Origin: Eledone cirrhosa
Lineage: Eukaryota
Reading direction: 5' to 3'
Assembly (NCBI GenBank): GCA_964016885.1
Contig: OZ024746.1
Coordinates: 91,388,001 to 91,452,000, forward strand
DNA: 64,000 nucleotides
Shown here: one piece after another, positions 53,665-64,000 of the stretch
How the letters are laid out: every line of letters begins with the position of its first letter
Numbering within the stretch: position 1 is the first letter of the stretch
Position numbers and translations under genes: made by a program
Notes under the pieces: generated by a model
What the model saw: only the letters and a program-made list of their open reading frames with translations
What the model was told of the DNA's origin: nothing
Databases searched by the model: none

Positions 53665-54647
53665 TTAGCAATTTATCCAGTGTATTACTGGTACTTTATT
53701 TTATCGACCCCGTAAGGATGAAAGGCAAAGTTAACCTCAGCGGGATTTGAACTCAGATCATAAAGGGCCGTAACTCTATGCTGCAAAGCAATGTGTCCGA
53801 CTCTCTACTGATATTGCCAATCCAACGCCCTCTACCAATCAACCACCCTTAACCACTGCCCTTAACCAATCAAGCACCCTTAACCACTGCCCTTTACCAA
53901 TCAAGCACCCTTAACCACTGCCCTTAACCAATCAACCACCCTTAACCACTGCCCTTTACCAATCAACCACCCTTAACCACTGCCCTTAACCAATCAACCA
54001 CCCTTAACCACTGCCCTTAACCAATAAACCACCCTTAACCACTGCCCTTTACCAATCAACCACCCTTAACCACTGCCCTTAACCAATCAACCACCCTTAA
54101 CCACTGCCCTTAACCAATCAACCACCCTTAACCACTGCCCTTAACCAATCAACCACCCTTAACCACTGCCCTTTACCAATCAACCACCCTTAACCACTGC
54201 CCTTTACCAATCAACCACCCTTAATCACTGCCCTTTACCAATCAACCACCCTTAATCACTGCCCTTAACCAATCAACCACCCTTAACCACTGCCCTTTAC
54301 CAATCCACCACCCTTAACCACTGCCCTTAACCAATCAACCACCCTTAACCACTGCCCTTTACCAATCCACCACCATTAACCACTGCCCTTTACCAATCCA
54401 CCACCATTAACCACTGCCCTTTACCAATCTACCACTCTTAACCACTGCCCTTTACCAATCTACCACTCTTAACCACTGCCCTTTGCCAATCCACCACCCT
54501 TAACCACTGCCCTTTACCAATCCACCACCCTTAACCACTGCCCTTTACCAATCCACCACCCTTAACCACTGCCCTTTACCAATCCACCACCCTTAACCAC
54601 TGCCCTTTACCAATCCACCACCTTTAACCTCTGCCCTTTACCAATCC
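53665..54647 (-). repeat. SINE A (53665-53830) whose 5' end seeds a 31-bp minisatellite (~26 copies)
   Basis: Unit ACCAATC(C/A)ACCACCCTTAACCACTGCCCTT(T/A) matches the SINE head complement GCCAATCCACCGCCC. Confidence 0.85.
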
Positions 54648-55382
54648 ATATATATATGCGTAATGTATGTATAGTTTTGTGTGTGTGTGTATATATGCAC
54701 ACATTCATAATCATACACACATACACTCACACTCACCCCTCTCCCCCTCCATATATGAAATTACAGTTTGGTATATAATTACTTGTATGGTTCCTGGTGG
54801 CTTCTTCTAGGACTAAGTTCTAATAGGATTGTTAACTGCAGTGGTGGTCATATTAGGAACCACCCGAAGGTACAGTTGCTTTGATAAGAACACCTGCACA
54901 CCTCCATAATAGAACAAAACAGAAAGAAGAAAGGAATTGGTAAGGAAGAAATTAATTATTGAGACATTGGAAAGAAACAATTATTTTGGACAACATGTCT
55001 TTTAGGAATTATTCCATAGATTTAACCCATTTGTGATGAAATGGCTAATGAAATATTCTTCATAACTTGTTCTAGCGTGGGAAAATGGATGTTAAGTGGT
55101 GATGGTGGTGGTGGTGAGAGTGGTGGTGGTGATGATGATGGTGGTGGTGGTGGTGATCGTGATCGTGGTGGTGGTGATGCTGGTGGTGGTGATGCTGGTG
55201 GTGGTGGCGGTGGTGGTGGTGGTGGTGGCGGTGATGGTGGTGGTGGTGGTGGTGGCGGTGATGGTGGTGGTGGTGGTGATCGTGGTGGTGGTGGTGGTGG
55301 TGGTGATGCTGGTGGTGGTGATGATGCCTATGTGAGTTTATTTTATAGTGTAGGAATTTAGTTATTTAGAAGCATTTTCTTA

Positions 55383-55830
55383 AAGTGTTTGTCACTGTTA
55401 ACACTTCCATGACACTGTTACCACTTCCATGACAGTGTTTGTCAGTGTTAACACTTCCATGACTGTTTGTCACTGTTAACACTTCCATGACACTGGTTGT
55501 CACTGTTAACACTTCCATGACACTGTTTGTCACTGTTAACACTTCCATGACAGTGTTTGTCACTGTTAACACATCAATGACACTGTCACTGCTAACACTT
55601 CCATGACACTGTTTGTCACTGTTAACACTTCCATGACAGTGTTTGTCAGTGGTAACATTTTCATGAGAGTGTTTGTCAGTGTTAACTCTTCCATGACACT
55701 GTTTGTCACTATTAACACTTCTATGGCAGTGTTTGTCAGTGTTAACACTTTCATGACACTGTTTGTCAGTGTTAACACTGCCATGGCAGTATTAACACTC
55801 CCATGACAGTGTTTGTGACTATTAACACTT
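55383..55830. repeat. 30-bp minisatellite (~15 copies)
   Basis: Unit TGACACTGTTTGTCACTGTTAACACTTCCA. Confidence 0.92.
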
Positions 55831-56111
55831 GGTGTCTTTGCATCACATTAAAAATTGAAGTCATTATTCTCTATAACAGCAAATGTTTACAATGGTCTGT
55901 CCACTAGTAAAGATATTATAAACATTTGAATTAATAAAGTTTTTTTTTGCAATATTTTCTGCTAAATCATTCCAGATGTTACGAGCTAATCAAGAATTTA
56001 AAGGGGGCTACTTATAGTATTATTTTATTATTATGAGAGTATTTACAACATAATTTAACAAAGGTTTCTATATAAAATTATGTTGGAAGATTTTAATTTA
56101 AGCAGAGATCC

Positions 56112-56350
56112 TTTAGCCCTTCCATGACTGCATTTCTAATGAAATACACTCTATTTTAATTAATTAATGTAGAATTTTGAGGGATTTACTGAAATTATTA
56201 AATATTTCATTACTAAGATAGTAACTTAATGTAAACTTCTTGTATAAAATTGTTGGAAGATTTTAATTTAAATTGAAAACCTTTAAAATGAGTGGTTTTA
56301 TTTCATAGAACCAGAGCTGGCTTTAGCCAGGTTGGTAACTAAAGGGTTAA
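56112..56350 (-). mobile_element. M2 MITE
   Basis: Reverse complement of 40095-40337; ends AACTAAAGGGTTAA. Confidence 0.7.
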
Positions 56351-57063
56351 AATGGAAGATTTTGTTTTGTAGAAGGTATTGTTTTGGATGGGTTGGTATC
56401 AAAAAGGATACACTTTTATTTTGAACATAATTTCATAAAAAATAAAAAAAACCCATAAATTATAATGGTAGGTTTTAAGTTAAATCTGAAAAACTTTGCA
56501 CTTTAAAGTGGGAAGTTTTGTATGATGGAACTAGAGCAAGACTGAGGCTGTATGGAAAATATTAATCTGCTGAAACAGGCCAATAAAATCTTACAGTTAA
56601 AAGTTTCTTTTTTTTATTGGGTTCAAAGTTTTGTCTTTATTTCTTTATAATATTTAGGAAGCATTCATGCAAAACATTAGTGATAAAATACCCCCCCCCC
56701 CCCCATCTTCTTCCTTTTCTTATTCCCTTTCCTGTCTTTTGATATCAGGAATATATTTTGATATCTCTTCACACACCACTGCAATTCTATAAGAAGTAAT
56801 GGATGAATTGGAGGTTATTGATGGCGGCAGTGGAGAACACCTCTTTGCTTTCATCTTCATTGTCATCGTTGCTTTTATCTTTTCTTTGTTGGCATGGGTT
56901 GGACAAGACTTTTGAAAGTAGTATCCTTCCTGCAGTCAACTGAGACTATTTTGAAGTATGGTATTTACTATTGACCTTGACTAAACTCCTTGATGTTATG
57001 TCACCAATAGCTTTTAAAGAAGGCTAACACAAAGACACACACACACACACACATACACATATA

Positions 57064-57232
57064 CATTTTATTAAGGCTACATAGTGAGTCTTATTACTCT
57101 GGAGTTTCACCTGTCTATAAGCAGCCGAAACTCCAGAGTAACAAGACTCACTTTTTAGCTTTAATATAAATGAATATTAAAACTCTACTTCAGTATTGAG
57201 TACTCCTATTTTCTCAGCCATCAACCACATAT
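57064..57232. mobile_element. ribozyme-element family H6: inverted arms carrying a hammerhead 3' half
   Basis: Arms ~57064-57108 / 57127-57173. The right arm starts CC-GAAA-CTC CA GAG-TA-ACAAGAC (GAAA + stem III + GUA). Flanked by (CA)n/(TA)n. Confidence 0.55.
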
Positions 57233-57249
57233 GTATATATATATATATA

Positions 57250-57502
57250 TCATCATTATCTTCGTTTAACGTCCATCTTCCATGCTAGCATGGATTAGAC
57301 GGGAGTTGTCCCACTTGAGGCAAGGCTGGTCGGGTGACCGTGTCTCGCTCGTATAGGACTGTCTGGCAGGTTTTCTACAGCTGGATGCCCTTCCTAACAC
57401 CAACCACATTTACAGTGTGGAACTGGGAACTTTTTACCGTGTTATCTACATGGTCACATTACAGTGTGGACTGTGTGTTTTTTTGTCGTGACACCTACAC
57501 GA
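57250..57502 (-). mobile_element. RTE-1 3' UTR / tail fragment
   Basis: Closely matches 2400-2637. Another copy at ~59440-59710(+). Confidence 0.85.
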
Positions 57503-57631
57503 TCATATATATATATGACTGGGTCATGGTTCTGACACTCCACCTTGCATTCTGCACTGCCATGCAATCAAGGCAGATGGCCATGACTGGCCCATGAAAC
57601 CTAAGGTAACAATTTCTTGTTCTGTGTATAA

Positions 57632-57883
57632 CAGGGGTCCCCAACCCCCGGCCCGCGAGGGTTCTAAAAAGGGTACATTTTACAATAAATTTGCACCCAA
57701 TATATCGATATTGCTGAATAAAACAATGTTTAAATGTATTTTTCTGCTTGGGACAGCTCTAAGTATCAATATTGAATTTTGTTTCAAATCTAACATAAGG
57801 GGTAAATAAATGATTACTTATTTGTATATAAGTAGTATTAACTGCACATCCAGCCCGTGGACCCAAAAGGTTGGGGACCCCTG
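57632..57883. mobile_element. hAT (Charlie-like) MITE with perfect TIRs and 8-bp TSD
   Basis: GTGTATAA|CAGGGGTCCCCAACC ... GGTTGGGGACCCCTG|GTGTATAA. Confidence 0.95.
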
Positions 57884-58261
57884 GTGTATAAATAATATAT
57901 CAGCTCTCTCACACTAGATTGAGCTCCACTTTTTGCTGTACACACACACACACACACACACACATAATTGTTTCTACTTTTGGCACAAGGCCAGCAATTA
58001 CCCAGTACATTACTGGTACTTTATTTTATCGACCCCGTAAGGATGAAAGGCAAAGTTTACACACACACACATATATAATGTACACATGATGGGCTTCATC
58101 ATAGTTTCTGTCTACCAAATATACTTACAAAGAATTAATTGGCCTGAGGTTATAACAGAAGGTACTTGCCAGAAAAGTGAGGTTGTCGGATCAAACCTAA
58201 AGTATTTGATTGCAAAGTAAATTTCTTCACCACACTGTCATACCTGCCTCATTCTGTGAGT

Positions 58262-59030
58262 GTGTGTCTAGACAGCACACAGTCACACCTGTGTGTATCT
58301 AGGCACCACACAGTCTCACCTGTGTGTATCTAGGCACCACACAGTCTCACCTGTGTGTATCTAGGCACCACACAGTCTCACCTGTGTGTATCTAGACACC
58401 ACACAGTCATACCTGTGTATGTATCTAGGCACCACACAGTCACACCTGTGTGTATCTAGGCACCACACAGTCTCACCTGTGTGTATCTAGACACCACACA
58501 GTCACACCTGTGTATGAATCTTTACACACACACACACACATAGTAACACCTGTGTATGTATCTAGACACCACACAGTCACACCTGTGTGTATATCTAGAC
58601 ACACACACAGTCACACCTGTATGTATCTAGGCACCACACAGTCACACCTGTGTATGTATCTAGACAGCACACAGTCACACCTGTGTATGTATCTAGACAG
58701 CACACAGTCACACCTGTATGTATCTAGACACACAGTCACACCTGTATGTATATAGACATACACAGTCACACCTGTATGTATCTAGGCACCACACAGTCAC
58801 ACCTGTGTATGTATCTAGACACTCACACAGTCACACCTGTGTATGTATCTAGACACCACACAGTCATACCTGTGTATGTATCTAGGCACCACACAGTCAC
58901 ACCTGTATGTATCTAGACACCACACAGTCACACCTATGTATGTATCTTGACACCACACAGTCACACCTGTGTGTATCTAGACACACAGTCACACCTGTAT
59001 GTATCTAGACACACACACAGTCACACCTGT
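58262..59030. repeat. ~31-35-bp minisatellite
   Basis: Unit ACACAGTCACACCTGTGTATGTATCTAG(A/G)CACC. Confidence 0.92.
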
Positions 59031-59710
59031 CATATCAAGGTGGCAGAGTTCAACTTATCTGTGCAACCATAATGAACCATCGATTATACTCTGCTCCCGT
59101 ATTGATTAATGTTTGACCTTAGCTCAGTCCTGATTGATCTATAATCAAACATGAATCACTAATCTTTTTATTTTCAAGTTTATATTTAAACCTACTATTC
59201 CACCCCATTCCCTCTTTTTTAAGATGGTAGGGTGTAAAGTGAGGGGGATTTGGCTGCTACTTCTACCAGGTTGAATGACTTCATAGAGGTTCCTTCGTTG
59301 ATGTACTTTTGTAAATTTAACTGTAGTGAACGAATCTGTCTTGTTTTTAAGCCTAATATATCTAATGGGGAACTAAAGTGGAATTAATGTTTTTACAAGC
59401 CGAAGCTGAAGCATATAGACAATATGCCCCCACACCCTCCCACTGCAAAGTGGTCATGTAGGTGCCACGGCAAAAGATCACCCAGCCCACACTGTAAAGT
59501 GGACATGTAGGCGCCACGGAAAAAAAGCACCCAGCACTCACTGTAAATGAGGTTGGTGTTAGGAAGGGCATCCAGCTGTAGAAATCAAGCCAAAATCAGT
59601 TCCTGTATGAGCAAGGCATGGTCAGCCGACCAGAAACTGCCCACAACAGGATAACCCGTCTAACCCATGCTAGCATGGAAGAACGGACGTAAACGGTGAT
59701 GATGATGATG

Positions 59711-59936
59711 AACCCTTTAATGTCCAAACCGGCCAAAACCGGCCAGAATTCTCTACCTTTTTCTGTTGAAACTGGCTGTAACTGGCCACTCAAACTGATA
59801 TTAAGGTATTGTTCTCAAAATAAACACTTTCAAAATCTCATAGATTCGATATTATGTGAGATAATTATGTGAGGTAAAGCCTTTACCATGAAAATATAAT
59901 AGTAAACATAGAGTCATGTGAATGTTAAAGGGTTAA
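59711..59936 (-). mobile_element. M1 MITE
   Basis: AACCCTTTAATG ... TGTTAAAGGGTTAA with M1 interior. Confidence 0.8.
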
Positions 59937-61298
59937 GCCTAATATATCTAACAGGGAACTCAAGTGGAATTAATGTTTTTAAGCCTAATATATCTAACAG
60001 GGAACTCAAGTGGAATTAATATTCATTGATGCAGCCTATGCAGAAAGGAATGTAAATCCTTGACAGAGCTAAAAAGTCATGTTCATGTGCAAGAGGGTAG
60101 TGGAGGGGTGGCAATTCTTGAAATTGAGATGCAGCCGTCATGTGTGTGTGTGTGTGTGTGTGTGTGTTTGTATGTATGTCTATATGTATCTATGTATGTC
60201 AGTCTGTGTGTATGTATGTCAGTCTGTATGTATGTCTGTATGTGTGTGTGTGTTTTCCAATGTGCTGAGTTGTAGTCCCCTGACCAAGATACTCTCATGG
60301 AATGACCAAATGAGTTTTATTTTTCAACATAGTCCCAGGACAGAAACAATGCAGTTATTAATAAGATTTGAAATTAATGCATGCAAGATTTTACAGCTTT
60401 AGCATCATTCCGTCCTAGGCTGACCAAGATCCACCCTCACTGGTACTTTATTTTATCGACCTTGTAAGGATGAAAGGGAAAGCTAGCTATGATAGGACTT
60501 GAACTCAGAATGTAAAGGGACATAACTATGTGTTGCACAGTATGTTGTCTGACGCTCTACCAACCACTACTAACCCTAACCCACATTATATTGCCTATTG
60601 TTAATAAGAGGTACAATAAGTTGATAGAGCTTATTGTTGTGGCATCGTGGGAGCAGTGTATTATCAATGTTGTTGTTATGGTGCTGTGTTCTGCCTCCAA
60701 AAGTCAGAGGAAAGAAGTCTGTTGTTTTCTACCCTAGAGAATCTAAAAATAGCAAGATCACTCAAGTTCACTCTTTCCGGTAATACCTTCAAATGTATAA
60801 AAGAGACAACAAGGACAGCAACAACAACAACATGTTATCCACCAAACTTTGTCTTTGATATATTATTGATGAGATAGTTAATTTTTTTTGTTTCTTTGTC
60901 TATTTTTCTTATTAATATATTTTTCATTTAATTTTATTTTATTTTTATATGAATGTATAGTTTTGGAAATTTTAAATGACCTCAAAATCTGAATTCTTAC
61001 TTCAAAGGATTATTATGGTCTGAAGTAAACTAGAAATACTATTATGTTTCAGTTTTATAATCAGAGATTTAGATGAAAAATAAAATAAAATAAATAAAAT
61101 AAAAAGAAAAATATGAAAATAAAAGAAAAGAAAGATTGTTTGATGCTTTGATTCAATTGTTTTATTAGATAAGGTCACATTTCATGGCACTTTAGACTTC
61201 AAAACAGAGAAGATTGATGAGCTCGACAACTGTTGACTAATGACTTTAATAGCAATACTATTATACTGTTAAATTCTTTGAAATGTAAAACAAATGAT

Positions 61299-61406
<108 letters not shown>

Positions 61407-62284
61407 ATGTATGTTTATAGAAAGGAATACACACTCACACATATATGATAATAAGAATATATATAATTTCAAAGCAATAAATAGCTTGTTTCACTCTCTG
61501 TGTTTATATATATATATATATCCACACACATATGATGATGATGATGATGGGGGGATATATAATTTCAAAGCAGTAAATAGCTTGTTTCACTGTGTGTGTG
61601 TGTGTGTGTGTGTGTATATTTATACAAACACATGATGATGATTATGGGGAGATATATATAAACTGAAAGCAGTAAATAGTGTTTCACTTGGAATCTGATA
61701 ATTAGGAGTAAGATGTAAGTGTAGTTACCTCCCCCAACTTGGAACTGTTTGATGTAGTTGACAATGGTAGTTTTGTTTACCAATGTGTTAGGGGCAACAC
61801 TAACTTTTGCTGTAATATGATCTTCATGGTTGCAATGAAGCTGATCAAATTTGATATACAAATTAGAGAACTGTAAAATAAATCAGTTAATGGCTACTAT
61901 GTGTGAAATGAAGACAGCATTGTGTCTAAGATTTGAACATGGTGGGGTGAAAACTCATCATCTTATGTTTTGTTAAATTGATATCTTCTTTAGCAGCTGC
62001 TCTGATCTGCCATTGTAAACATCTTCAGAGGCAGAGCTCTCTAGTCTAGCAATTGGCTTTCTATATTGCAATGGAAACTTTATTTCACTATTTTTCTTTG
62101 TTAGTAAGTATATGAGAGTGTGTGTATGGCTCTGTGTGTATGACTGTGTATGTGAGTGTGTGTATGTATGACTGTGTGTGAGAGTGTTTGTATGACTGAG
62201 TGTGGATGAGAGTGTGTGTTTTGGGAAGGTTAGTGATAATGTCTTTGTGATTTAAAGTTCTTTGATTATCTCAGCAGATTACAA

Positions 62285-62930
62285 ATTGGCAGTCATTAGA
62301 ATGTTGAATAGACTGCCTTGTGGTATTTGTTTCAGCTCTCTGAGTTCAAATCCCACCGAGGTCAACTTTGCCTTTCATCCATTCTAGGTCGATAAAAATA
62401 GTACCAGTTTAGTACTGAGGGTCGATTATTCCAGTAGATTGGCAGTATCGGTAGAGGGTCGGATGCCATGCTTTGACACATAGAGCTACGGCCCTTTCCA
62501 TCATTCTGAGTTCAAATCCCGCCGAAGTTAACTTTGCCTGTCATCCTTACGGGGTCGATAAAATAAAATACCAGTAATGTACTGGGGTCAATTATTCCAG
62601 TGGATTGGCAGTATCGGTAGAGGGTCGGACGGACGCCATGCTTTGACGCATAGAGCTACGGCCCTTTCCATCATTCTGAGTTGAAATCCCACAGAGGTTA
62701 ACTTTGCCTTTCATCCTTACGGGGTCGATAAAATAAAGTACCAGTAATGTACTGGGGTCAATTATTCCTTTATTTCTCTTTCCCACTTCCATTCTCTCTC
62801 TCCTTTTCTGGAAGAAATCTGCTGCATTCAGACTAGGGCAGGAGAAGATCTCCACCAGGTTTTAACATGTCCTTGAAATACCATATATCAATACAGCCTA
62901 CAACTCCCTCAGGAGTTATGGGGCCTTGCC
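62285..62930 (+). mobile_element. three tandem SINE A copies followed by an extended 3' body
   Basis: Heads at ~62285, 62437, 62600. The extension CTGGAAGAAATCTGCTG..TTCAGAC is also seen at 43320(+) and ~48900-49120(-). Confidence 0.75.
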
Positions 62931-63390
62931 ATATTATCAAAACAGTTTCTAACTATTTTCATGTTGATGTGTGTGCTGCTATTTCATTGCCATATTTCTA
63001 ATGAAAGACATTCCTTATGATTTTTAATTAATTTGGAAAATAATTAAAACTTTGGACAGATTTAGTAACATAATTCTCTCGTTAATAAGCTGAGGTTTAG
63101 AACTTAAAGGTTCTTACAAAAAATTATGATGATACTTAGATAAATATAAACCCTTGAAAACACAGTTTGGTTGACCAGAGCTGGCCTTGGGCTAAATAGC
63201 AATATCTATTAGATTTATTCCTAAGGCTCAGAGGTTAAAAACCCACTGGTGGTGTCATGTGGTTATTGAAATGGTTAATTACTTTCCACCTTTCCACCTG
63301 GCTTTCATATTTTCTGTTAATTTAGGCCATATTTTTGTTAACCTTGTTTCTTTTTTTTTTTCCTTTAAAATTAATTTCAAGAGTAACCCT

Positions 63391-63736
63391 GAACCCTTTA
63401 ACATTCAAACCAATCATATCCAGCCAGAATTCTCTCACCTCTTTCTGTTCAAACCAACCATAATCAGCTGCTCATACTTATGTTAAGGTATTGTTCTCAA
63501 AATAAATATCAAAATTTCATAGATTCAATATTATGTGAGGTAATTATGTGAAATACAGAGTTTACTGTGAAAATAGAATAATTGTTTCTACTTTTGGCAC
63601 AAGGCCAGCAATTATCTCAGTGTATTACTGGTACTTTATTTTATCGACCCCCCATAAGGATGAAAGGCAAAGTTAACCTTGGCGGGATTGAACTCTGAAC
63701 ATAAAGGGCCGTTCAATGTGAATAGTAAAGGGTTAA
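63391..63736 (-). mobile_element. M1 MITE interrupted by SINE A (63580-63711)
   Basis: M1 left part to 63578, then SINE A RC, then terminal GTAAAGGGTTAA. Confidence 0.7.
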
Positions 63737-64000
63737 TCCCCTGTCATTGAATTTACTGTTCATGCTCCCTTATTTCTAGAGTAACCCTTCATACCTTCCC
63801 AGTTGGCTCACTATGTGTGTGTGTGTCTGTGTGTCTGTAGTGTGCTTGTGTGTGTGTGTCTGTAGTGTGCTTGTGTGTGTGTGTCTGTCAGTGTGCCTGT
63901 GTGTGTGTATGTATGTGAGTGTGTGTATGTGTGTCTGTGTGTCTCCCTGCCTGTGTGTATCTGTGTGTATGCTTGTGTGTGTGTCTGTATCTCTGTGTGT

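Overview
Repeat-saturated, AT-rich animal genomic DNA. The microsatellite density and the SINE/RTE families suggest an octopod cephalopod, but this is an inference from pattern recognition. No host protein-coding gene could be confidently identified, and nearly all long ORFs in the track are translations of tandem repeats. The window holds a 5'-truncated RTE LINE (RT domain with an embedded PHD-type finger) and further RTE, R4/Dong-like and Tx1-like LINE 3' fragments. It also holds an internally deleted mariner, hAT and TTAA/piggyBac-type MITEs, at least three tRNA-derived SINE families, and about 20 minisatellite arrays, many grown out of pieces of transposons. The main finding is a dense set of minimal type-I hammerhead ribozyme motifs: about 11 complete, decayed or partial copies in about 6 sequence families. 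They sit in short non-coding elements embedded in (TA)n tracts, often as inverted repeats whose arms start at or near the predicted self-cleavage site. This points to a Penelope-like / retrozyme-type ribozyme retroelement system.
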